64,000 nucleotides of DNA, taken from NCBI GenBank assembly GCA_000934665.2, contig JYFJ02000399.1, positions 62,001-126,000 of the forward strand, written 5' to 3'. The notes under the pieces are model-generated. The model was given only the letters and a program-made list of their open reading frames with translations, searched no databases and was not told the DNA's origin. Every line of letters starts with the position of its first letter. Position 1 is the stretch's first letter. Origin of the DNA: Catajapyx aquilonaris (taxonomy: Eukaryota). The position numbers and the translations under genes are program-made. Positions 51,892 to 64,000 of this stretch are shown one piece after another.

Positions 51892-52385
51892 GTAAGTCAC
51901 TATTATCAGCAATCGGACAATGTCCCCAACAATATGTGCCAGAGATTGAGCTTGCTTATGAAACATGTGGTATACCCTAGAGGTGTAGGCGTGTAGCAGC
52001 ATCCAGACCGTGGGTGGTTCGGAGAAAAAAAAAGTGTAGCGGGGGCAGCAGATCCATTTTCAAAGAATCAAATATTGATGGTGCGTACATTTCTCCAGGG
52101 GATTGGTCCATACATGATTTTTCTCGTGTAGTGATGGAAAGTATATACAGTGATATAAATTCAGGCTAGCTCATCATGCGTGTGGAAATGTCAAAACTAG
52201 CTGAGATATCTTGGTGTCGTCAGTCCCAATATCGTCAGTCACCGAAGCACAGATAACACTTGGGAATTGTAAGATTTGTAATGATTATTAATAAATATTA
52301 ATAAACTGGTTGACACCCAATTTTGGAGTGATGAATTAAATCCAAATTTTATGACATCTGAAACTCCAACTACTGTACACACAAC

Positions 52386-52527
52386 TAAACCCAAAGAACA
52401 ATATGACGTCACGTTCAGCCCCGCCTCCATTGGCTCTTCCCTCCAATCATGCCCCCGAATCGCTCTGAAAGCATTGCGCATGCTCAGAAAATACGGCTGG
52501 TGTGACGTCAAATCGTTCTTTGGCTTA
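52386..52527. mobile_element. MITE with TGACGTCA-containing arms
   Basis: CCAAAGAACAATATGACGTCAC...GTGACGTCAAATCGTTCTTTGG inverted arms. Confidence 0.6.
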
Positions 52528-53730
52528 AAGGACAAGTGTACATAAGTTATCAAAGAGTCAGTACTCTCCTACTGCTAAAATCTCATCTGTCCAAAAAAAT
52601 GTCTGCAATTCGTAGTGTCCAGAAATATTACGTGACACCTAACTTCTCCAGGTCACCGAGATTTGTCAGGATCCTTTTGTGCTTGAGACACATGCGACCA
52701 GAGCTTGATTTTCCTAAATAAAACGACGCACTTTTTGGTGGGCCATTTACAAGTTAAACATCCTTCTACCATGCATCTCAAAGTCAGATGCGGATCGTTT
52801 CACCACAACCCACCACGACAATGCTTCCTGAGGGTGATGAACGGTGGACATACCACCGACTTATACGGGCCTCTTAAAGCCTATTTATGCGTCCCCTACT
52901 GCATATATGCCTTTTTGGGGCGTTATGCACTTCAAGCACACAGGACCACGTCCATATTTTCTGGCTACATACTAAATCAGGCTGAATGGACCATTTCATC
53001 TTCGTTAGCATGCTCACCTTTGCGTGTAGAACAGCATTTTCCCATTTTTAGGTACTTAAAGAGTCGGCAAATGATATTAGGTTGGTATCATACAAACTAA
53101 ATCTGCATCTGGGTGAGTACTAATGTGACATTTTGCGTCGCCTTACCTGGTAAAGCAGATTTATGAAGGAACCGAACTGTTTCTTACATTATTACATGCA
53201 AAGCATGTTCGTTGGGTTGCATCATGCCAGGATGAAACAAATACCTCAGATTGTTGCAGCCAGTTTCAAACTAACACTGACAATAAAACTTTTTAGTATC
53301 ACAGATGATTTTTGTTGGCCCAGCTCTGGAGAAACACCTACAATGCAAGTTCCCCCAAAAAAGGGAAAAAAAACAGCCTGGATAATCAGGAGGCGAACAC
53401 TTGCCTTGAAGTCTGGAAGAGTTTTCCAGCATTCCCACAGCCCCCATACACAGGCGTAGGAAATGATCCGCCTAGTTTCCACCCATATTGCAGCTGCGGG
53501 AAAATTACTTCTCGTTTTTTTTTTTTGTTTCCACCTATAGATGGGAAAGAGAAGTCTTTCGCTTCCCCCAAAAAATAAAGCAGCTGGCACAAAAAGGCTT
53601 TTTTTTCCAGGGAGAGAATGGGATTAGGTTTTTGGGGGTCCAAATGAAACTGCGTATCGAATTTGATGCAATTCTGTGCCAAAAAGCCTGTACATTTTTT
53701 TTTGGGGGGGGGTTCTCTTATTCGTTGCAG

Positions 53731-53881
53731 ATACAACGTGATATTCATGGTCTTCACCTACTTTTTGCCGATTGGTGCTATGGGTTATGCCTATGCTCGT
53801 GTTGGAGTCGAGTTGTGGGGTAGCCAGAGTATCGGCGAGTGCACGCAAAGGCAGCTGGACAACATCCGTTCCAAAAGAAGG
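53731..53881 (+). CDS. TkR99D: TkR99D-like receptor coding exon 3 (TM5, ELWGSQSIGECTQRQLDNIRSKRR)
   Basis: Acceptor TTCGTTGCAG and donor AGG|GTGAGT. The third intracellular loop motif is characteristic of the TkR99D/DTKR type. Confidence 0.93.
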
Positions 53882-56056
53882 GTGAGTCAATTTCTACATT
53901 TTTCGCAAAAAAATCAGAAGAGAACAAACACGGCAAAAATTAAGGAAATAATGCGTTTGTTATATTTTACTGCAATTTCATTCTTTAATGGATTCATTCA
54001 TTGATTTTTACGTCATTATTTTTTATTATCAATCAAACTTTAATTTTTTGCTCAATTTTATTCTAAATAATTTATGATGTTGCCGTTAACGACCCTTTAG
54101 TATGAAAATGTGATATTTCGCATACTTCTTACATTATAATGTAAATTACGTATTATAATGTCGTAGCAGCTATTTGAAGTGTGTAGACTACTCCAAAATA
54201 TAATTAGGAAACTTCGAAATTTATGCAGATTCCGCAGCTCACAAACTAATAATTGCATCCACCTATTTTGTAGTTTATTTTGAGCTCGCAAGCAGCACAA
54301 TCGAGGTGATTCCGTCGCATACCTTTGTCGATTTTACGCCTCCCGCACGTGTCATATCTGTTGGATAGTAATCAGGGAAAAATACTGTGCACAATTGCAC
54401 TGGGAATTCAGATAATTTGGCATTGTAACAATGTATGAATTCTGATTAGTTTCTATAAATATTGGGGCTGTTTCTCATCTCGGTGTCAAATTTCATCGAC
54501 ACGTTTACAGTTCACAGTTTATTCCATGCTACATAACGACATCTACAATATTAAAATCATTCGCTGTGTAAACGAGACTTCCGACTGGCCTGCGCCTGCG
54601 CAATAGAGGGAGGGACCGCCTCTGGTGGATGGGAGGAGGAACTAGTCAATAGAATAGTTTCAACATTTTCTTGTTCAATATTTTGCACGTGGTAAAGCGA
54701 TCAGTCACTTCAGACGGAAGATATTGAACAGCATCCTGCAGCGAACAACATAGGCGCCTTTAAATGACGCATCTCCTCCTGTCGAGCCATCTTACTCCGG
54801 CTAATCCACCAAACTAACCAGAGAAAATGCAATTTCGTCGGACGTCTCCCGGAAACTTATCTTCGAAAAAAAAAACACACTTTGAGCTCGTTCCTACATT
54901 ACAACGTCGATGCGTATATCTTCCACGCACAAACAAACGCCAGACTTTCTTGAAAATCCTTGTTGTCCAAACCGGAGGGCCAAAAAGCTCGAGTAAATGT
55001 GGAGTAATGAGTCTCCTAGCCCCATTTTCAAACAGGATGGGATTCCCAGGAAGCATTTTGGAGGCTGTTCCGTGGGGATGAACGTGCCATTTCCGCTCAG
55101 GCTCCAGAATGCATGGCCCCTCACTTATTGGACATCACTCTGCGGCCTTCATCCATTCTGGAGAAACCTTGCCCAAAACCGAGTCATTCTCATCCAACGC
55201 TCGACAATTTTTATTACTACCAGTCGACTCCTAGGAAAGTTCCACAAACTGTCCACATGGTACCTTACTCATTTCATAGATGGCGCACCCTTTCTGCACA
55301 CTCCTGCCACTCTCACGATATGCGAGTGGTTGTGGTACTATCATCTCGGACAAACAATTGGAAAGAGAGCCTATTTTAGCTGGAAATAGAATCCAAACTT
55401 TGTTCAGACCTGCCTAGTAGCGAGTCCAGTGCAGTACCGGTAAAGCACGAACGGAAGAAATAGCATTAGAGCAATGCCCTTAACTGCTGCCCAGTACGTG
55501 CCTGTCTCATGTGGATTACTTAATCGATTGATCAGGAGCTCGCTTAATCGTGACCACTTTTTTAGATGCTCGCAGTTGGACTTGAACGCTGAGAAATATT
55601 TGCTAGCGTACCTGCTTTTGACTATCACATTCAAAGGGATGAAAATATTAAGGTGCACAAAGTGAAAAAAATCTGTTATGTTCCCAAAAGCCTATTTAAT
55701 TTTCAGGAAGACTTGTCACCACCTAACTTTACAGGTCGTTTTCAACGTTCCGCCCCCCGATATTATAGGCTTCACCGTTCGATCATTCTCATATCGGGCC
55801 GCATTTACCGACCCAAGGAGCGATTTTTACACGTGAGTTGCATCGGTGATTGGAACCTGTCCCGACTTTCACCGCACTCCTTTCTCAGGACCATCTCTTC
55901 TTTTTTTATATCCAGACCACCATAAAACGTCAAGGGAAGGGTATATAGATGAGCCTTTGGACTCGCACACTAAAGAAGAAAATGAAGTCTGCTGGGAAAT
56001 TTTCTCTAGGGTCCTGTACAGAGTACCGATATTTTTTTATTGTCTGGTTTTCTCAG

Positions 56057-56253
56057 GTAGTCAAGATGATGATGGTGGTGGTGACCATATTCGCAGTATG
56101 TTGGCTCCCTTTCCACGTCTACTTTATCATCACGTCTCAAATCCCGGAGATTGTCAACTACCAGCATATACAGGAAGTGTATCTGGCCATCTACTGGCTG
56201 GCCATGTCCAACTCCATGTACAACCCAATCATCTACTGCTGGATGAATTCCAG
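56057..56253 (+). CDS. TkR99D: TkR99D-like receptor coding exon 4 (TM6 CWLPFH, TM7 AMSNSMYNPIIYCWMNSR)
   Basis: Acceptor TTTTCTCAG and donor AG|GTAAGA. Contains the CWxP and NPxxY motifs. Confidence 0.93.
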
Positions 56254-58280
56254 GTAAGAATTCTGACTCACCCTGTACCCCCCCCCCCCCAAAAAAAAAC
56301 CTGGGGATCAATCAATATTTCGAGTGTCGATCATCTTTTTCAATGGTGGACCCCGTTAGATAGGATGGATGTCAGTGATTGAAATCCTAGCATCACATAA
56401 CCTTCTCAGTCCGATCAATGCTGTCAATGTCATGTTTGGTAGGTCAAATATAACCCGGCTTAAGATGTCTTTAGGATGACTCCTTAATGATGATGAGTCC
56501 TTACAGATCTGTGACATTCCTTTCCTACAAGACACGTCGTCGCCACTTCGTCGCGTAGTAAAGATCTTCCCTTTTCCCTACTTCAAAAATTACCAGAGTC
56601 GCAATTTGAACCCCCCAGAACTATGCTTTTAGATTGGCTTCAAATCATCACCATTGTTTGTCTCCTGAGATTCTCCTTTCCATCCAGTTTAAGTCGCCAG
56701 GGACACCCCTACCTTGTTACCCCCAACCAATGGAAAATCCGGGGGCCTTGAGGGAAATCAACATACTTGTAACAATTGCGACAGACGGACTTCCAAATGA
56801 CGACGTCGCAAATTAAACATTGATCTAGTCCTCTCCCCATCGAGAGCTGCTGTAGGAGTGTTTGACAAAAAAAAAGACAAACAATTCATCCTGCTCTTGG
56901 AAGAGGAAGAACCAAGAACACACACACGCTGTATAGTACAAACTAGCAAGAGAGCAATGGTCTATCGATATTAATAACTCCACGGGTTTCTTCAAACATT
57001 AGCTTAACTGAAGACATCTTTGCATATCTTTGCACAGTCTTGTTTGCTTGCACTGATCTGGAGCCCAGATTTTTTTTTTTTTTTGCCACAATTTTTTGAA
57101 ACACTGCCGCCAATTTCAATCAACGCCATCCTTGTACTGTAATGCCCACGGGGTCTATATTTGCGCTCGCGGGAAAGGATAATATTGAATATCTATATGA
57201 GAAAAGTTTATGAAAACTTGTCGGTTCGAGTGCAAACACACTAGAAATGGGTGTCAACAGGTTGGGATAATAGTAGGCGTGACATTCAACTATTCCGCCA
57301 GCACTTTATTACGTCGCCATGAAAAGGCCAACGGACGTGACTTAATTCCAATATTTTGATGCCCTGAACTGACCTGTCCAATTTCCCAGTAATGAATTAA
57401 AAATAAGCAGCGTAATTTATGCGCTCACTTTACATTTTGACCGGATATCATACGCACTAAAAATAACCTGCGAATAAAATTTCGCACTGCAGCCTTATTT
57501 TCACATAAAAATTTCAACCTGTGCGATGAGAATAGTGCAAATTCTGCTGGATTTTTAGCCGCTCAACTGCGCATTTTTAAAAATCATATTTTTTTTTACA
57601 AAACTCATAAGCTCAAAGGTAGAAACTGTAATTCAAACCACATTATGCGTCATATACCATACGTATATATTTATCGTTTTAATCCTACAGTGTTGCATTC
57701 CCTCGAGTCATGCTTAAAACCTTCAGCATTTTCACGAACATATCTTTGCAAAAGATTGGATGTAACCTTTGATAAAAATTAATAATCCCACACAATGGAT
57801 GAGTCCCCCTCATCAATATGGGAGCTTACATCTGTAATCTGACCGCATCCTCGGTTGATTACGAGCCAATATTATTCTTTGGTTGGCCCCAGTATACTTT
57901 TCCAACTCGATGGAAAAAACGGGTATCATAATCCTGTGTTTACAGTGCAGCTTGATCAACATTCACCTTCACGTTTTTGCCTATATATTCGTGTCCGCAT
58001 ATGACACAATACTCCCTATAGTGCTCATTGTGTACTAATCGGTCATGAACATGTCGTTATCCAGTCCGTAAATGGGATTCCACGAGCCCATAAACATGTT
58101 TTAATACTGTCATTTAACGCTCCGCGGATTCGGATTTAGGGAGGGCTTAGGAGTTCTTACGACTCCCAGTGCATGATGCTGGTAATTGTAACGTGATTCC
58201 AGAAATGATTGTCTCTGTGCAGAAAAACTTAAAAGTTCCCAATAGATAATTTTGACACCTATGGAGACTGTAGGCCTATA

Positions 58281-58489
58281 CATGGTGTTTCAAGTTCATG
58301 GGTCACTTCTTGATAACTGATATCGTCCGATAGTAGTTCTTTTTTGTAGCTTGTTGTCCCCCATTCTATAACTACTGCAATATTCGACCCCCAGTGGGGA
58401 ACATGGATAGGGGCACAACAAGCTACAAAAAAACTACTATCGGGCGATATCAGTTATCAAGAAGTGACCCACGAACTTGAAACACCATA
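58281..58489. mobile_element. Tc1/mariner-type MITE, TA flanks (family shared with 14797-15007)
   Basis: About 80-bp near-perfect TIRs: ATGGTGTTTCAAGTTCATGGGTCACTTCTTGATAACTGATATCG... and the reverse complement. Confidence 0.85.
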
Positions 58490-59065
58490 TATGCTTTCTT
58501 AAAAAGCATGTCACAATAAGAAACTAAATGTCGATGTCGCTTTCTCCGTCTCCAATATCCGTTTTGCTTGCACCATCACCTTTTGGAAAACATCTACCCC
58601 CCAAAAAGGGCAGGTAATTCCGTATGCAGATTGCTTCAAACTCCAAACCCTGCAGCATCCATATACACAACTGTATTTTGCTGATCGATATGGAGGCATA
58701 TATACATGGTGCAAAGAGTGCAGCAGCTTGTAAACTGTCGGCACCAGTCAAAGTCATGGCAATGCATTTTGAGCTTGTGCTTCGAAATTGCTAAGTGCAG
58801 GATTAGTACTGCGTGGAAGGTGTTATTTACGCCTTGTTATACCACCGTGTAGCGTCAAATGCAGGGGGTAAAGGGCAATTCTTAGACCCCAGGCATTTTC
58901 GTGGGAGGCATTAAGAGTTAGTTAGTAGAAGAAGAAAAATTATGATCCATATAAGGAGGAGCCGGATTAGTTTGGACGCAGTTATGAAACTTTAAATTAG
59001 CTGGCGTTATCCTGGCTTCGTATCATGCAGCACAAACTACAGTGGATCCTGGTTATGTAGTCTAA

Positions 59066-59246
59066 AGGCCCATTCACACAGGCCGTCGACGGTTCTGGTC
59101 CTGGTTTTGGTTTTGGTTTTGGACCAATCAGAGCGGGCCCTCACGTAAACAACACGTCATGGTTACCGTGAGGGCCCGCTCTGATTGGTCCAAAACCAAA
59201 ACCAAAACCAAAACCAAAACCGTCGACGGCCTGTGTGAATGGGCTT
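59066..59246. mobile_element. PIF/Harbinger (Tourist-like) MITE, TAA TSD
   Basis: AGGCCCATTCACACAGGCCGTCGACGG...CCGTCGACGGCCTGTGTGAATGGGCTT flanked by TAA/TAA, with internal (GGTTTT)n/(AAAACC)n. Confidence 0.85.
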
Positions 59247-59261
59247 TAAGTTCACGTGGTA

Positions 59262-59544
59262 CAGTGTGGGCATTAATCGCGTCGTACTGCTAGAGACATT
59301 TTCCGCTGCGGCAGACGTGCAAATCGAAGTGATGGAGTGCGAGCCGTGTGAGTAAGAAATGGTAGCCCTTGGGTGACGTCACCGGCTGGGGACGAGCCTT
59401 TTTCTCCATTGCCCCACATCCGGTGACGTCATCTAAGGCCTACCTCTCCTGATTCGCACGGCTCGCACTCTATCACTTCGATTTCCATGTCTGCCGCATC
59501 GGAAAATGTCGCTAGCAGTATGACGCGATTAATGTCAAACACTG
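59262..59544. mobile_element. Tc1/mariner-type foldback MITE, TA TSD
   Basis: TA-CAGTGTGGGCATTAATCGCGTC...GACGCGATTAATGTCAAACACTG-TA, with imperfect arms of about 125 bp. Confidence 0.85.
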
Positions 59545-59617
59545 TACGTTCCATAAAGAAACTTGAATATTCTTATCAGATTTTTTCTCACAATTAATTT
59601 TCTACTCAATGTTTCAG

Positions 59618-59766
59618 ATTCCGAAGAGGGTTTAAGACCGTGTTCCGATGGTGTCCGTGTATTAAAATGGACAGGGGTGAGCCTCTGGACCCTAGAGACA
59701 CCATGGGCACAACCAGATATAGCTGCTCTGGATCTCCAGAGACGCAGTGTCGGATCGTCCGAAATG
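59618..59766 (+). CDS. TkR99D: TkR99D-like receptor coding exon 5 (helix 8 and C-tail: RFRRGFKTVFRWCPCIKMDRGEPLDPRDTMGTTRYSCSGSPETQCRIVRN); not shown in the ORF track
   Basis: Acceptor GTTTCAG ends at 59617; the phase-2 join gives NSR-FRRGFK. Donor G|GTAAGC at 59767. The (R)FRxGF helix 8 and WCPC palmitoylation-type motif fit tachykinin receptors. A further exon is required. Confidence 0.88.
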
Positions 59767-60772
59767 GTAAGCACTATTTCATCTAATCTAATTAGGAAAG
59801 ACACACACACACGAAAAATTGTCAACAGGAGCCAAATTGCTTATTATTGTTTTTTTGTAAAAATTTATGCTATTTTGGTCTCTCGGCTGAAAAACGTTCA
59901 TGCACCACTTAACGTCCTGCGTGTGTGGACACATTACTTTGTGCCAGCAATCAAGGGCTTAAGTTCCTTCCGTCATCGGTGGCTTTCATCCCCAATTACC
60001 GAGGGATATCTAACCTGAGAGTGTTTTTCCGAGGGGAAAGCGTCGCAAAGCCTTTCAGAAGAGCCGACGCCACGATAACACCTCCAGGTCAGACCCTAAA
60101 CAGCAACGGTACCAATAACACACTTATCATGCTGCCAGCTGGGCCCGTCCTTGGCTCTAATTCAACTCGACAACAAAACGCACGTTTTTTGTTTTTTTTT
60201 GAAACGTGTCCATGGTTTTGAATTCAGCTCCAGCCTCCGAATGTAATTTGGCGGGTTATCCAGTCGCAGTTCCCGGACACGTTATTGCACCCGGAATACA
60301 TAAGCGGACATCATTTTGTGACGGTTTTTTTTCTAAAGGCTTGTATCTCTGTGCTGAAACCGGACACAGAAGCGTTTTTTGGAAAAGGAAATCTCGAGGG
60401 TAAACAGGACTTTTGCCCGTTTCTTTCAGTGGACGGAACTTGACTGATGGTGAGGAGAAAAAAATAGTGGTCGCATTTTCTGAATGGCCTGCAGTACTAA
60501 GACGGATTACAATGGATAGCAGGCGCTACAGGCCTGGCGATTAGGCCCGGTTGCTTTGTTGGAACCGATTGTGCTGTATTATTCGGTGGTGAGAGAATGG
60601 ATAGGAGAAAGCGAGAGTACTGTACAGAAGCAATCAATCACTGAGCCGAAATTTTGTGGGGGGTCTACAATAGGACCAGTAGAAACATATGTACGAAAGA
60701 CGCAGAATCATCCAATGCAATATAAAATACACAGTAAAATACAAAAATGCTTTTCTCGAAAAGCTGTCTTAA

Positions 60773-61273
60773 AGGGACACTCCACTCAAAATACAAGTTG
60801 ATCTGTAAAAATCAGGCAAAAAATCCTGATTCCGGTGATACCATCCGTTTATGTCTGAGACGAACGGTAATGTCAGGGGAAGAGACGAAAGTCGGAAAAA
60901 ATTCGAGGTCTGTTCGAGAGTGGCGCCACCTGGCCACCTGGCCAAGTTAGGCGACGTTGGATAGAGCGCCGCCCTTCCCAACGGGCACTAGGGGAAGTTG
61001 GCTTCGGACACAACCAGATCCCCACGGATCCCCATACCCGCAGGCAACTTATCCAAGTCGCCGTTGGGAAGGCCGGCGCTACTATCCAACGTCGCCTAAC
61101 TTGGCCAGGTGGCCAGGCGGAGCCACTCTCGAACAGACCTCGAATTTTTTCCGACTTTCGTCTCTTCCCCTGACATTACCGTTCGTCTCAGAGATAAACG
61201 GATGGTATCACCGGAATCAGGATTTTTTACCTGATTTTTACAGATCAACTTGTATTTTGAGTGGAGTGTCCCT
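60773..61273. mobile_element. Kolobok-like palindromic MITE (about 500 bp), TTAA TSD
   Basis: TTAA-AGGGACACTCCACTCAAAATACAAG ... CTTGTATTTTGAGTGGAGTGTCCCT-TTAA. Arms of about 230 bp are near-perfect. Confidence 0.88.
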
Positions 61274-64000
61274 TTAATAATAGAGTCGGTTTAATGCAAA
61301 CGACTATGCAAATCCCATGTGATCTCTAATGCACCATATATAACAATAATGCCCACCAAAATATTAATTATTCATAAAGTACTGTGCATACCCTATAAGT
61401 TTTAAAAACCCGGTTTTAAAATCTCGGATATTATCAACTTTGGTGTCCTGACGTCACTCTGAGAGATCCAGTGGCATTCAAGGGCAGCTTTAAGCCAATA
61501 ACCGGTTGGAGAGACGCGACTTATCTTCCAACCCATGATGTTACACGTGCCTTGAAGCGCGTTTAATAAGTCATGTAGCTAATGCAACGCAATTTGTTGG
61601 CGCAAAAGACGAACTCAGCTCATGGCTCAAATTTCGAGTAATCTGCTAAATTCGTAAAGGCATGATACTTCAGCCGTGCTAATTAGAACGCATTTCGTGC
61701 CTAATTCCTTTTACTCTCCATTTCCCTTAAATCCGCACATCTCTCATCATCTGCCTAGTCTTTTCCTATGGACTTGAAGAAAAAAAATTGCCTAAAAAAA
61801 TAACATGGTGAGTCCAAGGAACGCGACGTAACTTGCGGAAAGCAATGCGAATCGCCCTTTTATGTCGCCATTAATTAAATTCCTGGAAGGAATTCCCTCA
61901 GCGTCATTGACGACGTCTCTTCCTCTCTCTCTTTTTTTTAAAAAAAAACCTCAGCCCCTTATCAACTTTACCATTCATTAAGAACAATGTCGTGGAGCTT
62001 GCAAAAATATTGGAAAAGTCCAACTTTATTCCATCACATATTCGCCAAAAAATGCACAAAAAAATACTTTTCTCCAGTTCAAAAAAAAAGGATGACTCCT
62101 TGAAACCGGATACTAAAAGACAAGTGAAAACCGACACTTTCTCTAAGCCTTTTTTTTCGGCGGTGACTTTAATTGGAGCTAAAAGCGCAGCATCAGAACT
62201 GAAGATGATGGGATACTTTTGTCATGCGGGACCGTCGCGCAATGGCTTTGCCTGAGGGGACCAAACTGCGAAAATCCATTTACATTGCTTCAATGATGGA
62301 ATAAACCTGCTTTTAGAGAAGAGAGAGAAAGGTCTCTGGAGAGGTCTAAGGTGACTCTTGGATTTTGGAGCTTTCTACACAATCCGCCTTGTATCGTTTG
62401 ACGATTTGCTTTTTTTTTGGCAAAGGGAACCGCCCTTGCTTGCACGGTCGGTCAGTTACAATTTAGCATGCCATTGTTGGAGACGAGATTCAATTCCTGT
62501 GCAGTGAACACGGGGGCCTCTACTGTGCGAATTTGCCGGGTTGAACTGATAGTTCTATAGAAATGCATGAACTCCAACTGATATGTCCAATTAATTTTTA
62601 CTAAATATCATTGTAGCAAAAACGAACCCCATTTATTTCTCTAAATATTACCTATTGCTCATAACCCAAAAATAATTTCAAGGGCAATTGGAGGTAATAA
62701 TAGTGTGACAAAATTTCTTTGAAAAAATATGGTAACTAGTTTTGTATCACCAGAAACATTCACAACACATAAGGGTTCTGCTGTAAGATTCGCAAGAGGT
62801 TCAAAATCCAACAGGTTGCTAACAATGTCTGACAATCGCCTGGATCCATTCAGATCCACATTCCCATATCCCAGTGCTCTAAAACGTCACATATATCACC
62901 AAAGGTGCTATATCTTTTCTGTCACACCAGAATAGAGAAAACCAGAATGATATATTGGATAATGTGTGTGGTTGAATAGGGTTGCACACACACACACAAA
63001 AAAGATAAATAAATCCGACAACTGGAAAATGCAGGCGAAGACTTATCCGGAGGCTCCTCCATCCTATTTATCGGCTCCAATTGAATGGGCAATTTTTCTT
63101 CCTTCAGCCCGAATCTCGCTAGAATCGTCAGCATTTCTTTTCACCCTTTTCTTCTTCGGCTCCTGTCCTCTTTTTTTCCCTGTAAGAGCAAGCTGAAGAA
63201 ACACTGGAGAAATAAATAGACGTCGTATATAAAACGGGCAGGGGAGAATTCAGTCGCGATGTAATGAAATCGATAGAAGATACTGTGAGAAAACAAAGTT
63301 CCCTGATGCAACTCTATCTGTCTTTCGATTCTCTGCATTCAAAAAATATATGGCCAAATACTACGTTAATCTAACGAATTTTGTGCCACAATGTATTTTA
63401 TGTCGTACGGAAACTTTGTGCATCAACTTCCCCATGTTTCAAATGTGACCCCGGACATGTGTATATCGAACGATCCGAAAATCTAAAAATATTCTCCTTT
63501 CACATATCTCTTTCCCTCCAAAGCAATCCTGATCCCTAATCCTCCAGTTTCCGCACCACCCACACTGATATTGGACCAAAATGAGAATCAATTCCAAAAA
63601 AAAAACAAAAAACAAAAAAACAAAAAAAAAAAAAAAGTGCAAGGAAGATTCCAATACAAACCGTTGAGATAGCTGGAGCCAGAGTATAGAACCAAGTCTA
63701 GAGCCCCCTTCGAATCTCACTGGACCTTGCGCTTCCAAAAGCAGCACTTTCCCCCTTTGAAATTGCTTGTCACAGCAAGAAGGGTGTGGCTGGATTCATT
63801 CGTGGTACGCCTTCCCCCCCAAAAAAGAGGACAAAAGAACAAGGCCCTTGGATGTTGGGGATGAAAAGTTTACTTCCCATAGAAAACTTTCTCACACACT
63901 CAAGTTTTCATAATCAGGCACACAAAAGGAGCTAATTTAATTTAATTAACGCGGATCCCTGCTAATCTATGCAAATATCGATAATATTAAAATCATGTTC

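Noticed and set aside
59563..60018. 151-aa ORF overlapping receptor exon 5
   Set aside because: Wrong frame. The phase-consistent frame encodes RFRRGFK...; this ORF has no recognisable homology.
60769..61277. Mirror-image ORFs (YPTSPNLARWPGG...) on both strands
   Set aside because: A consequence of the Kolobok-like palindrome, not genes.

Overview
This is eukaryotic, intron-containing DNA, very probably arthropod (TTAGG repeats, a Spätzle-family gene and an insect-type tachykinin receptor). Three protein-coding genes can be reconstructed by hand with canonical GT-AG introns in consistent phase. (1) A + strand secreted Spätzle/neurotrophin-like cystine-knot protein with a long Pro/Gln-repeat pro-domain: join 698..721, 2301..3481, 3544..4045, about 568 aa. 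(2) A convergent - strand secreted YGPP-repeat, extensin/resilin-like structural protein: complement join 11623..11631, 9330..9473, 6829..8643, about 655 aa. It has a TATA promoter and a perfect 27-bp hairpin just after its stop codon. (3) A + strand TkR99D-like tachykinin GPCR with coding exons 40427..40902, 51691..51891, 53731..53881, 56057..56253 and 59618..59766; the last exon was not identified. The roughly 28 kb between genes 2 and 3, and the receptor introns, are non-coding. They carry many palindromic MITEs whose ends and target-site duplications resemble several superfamilies (Tc1/mariner, CACTA/CMC, P, PIF/Harbinger, Kolobok), plus a tRNA-derived SINE, Helitron-like fragments and mini/microsatellites. 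No autonomous transposase, CRISPR array or prokaryotic system is visible. I found no unambiguous new system. The best leads are the divergent polyQ Spätzle, the repeated non-collagen module in the YGPP protein, and the stop codon/hairpin/in-frame extension arrangement.
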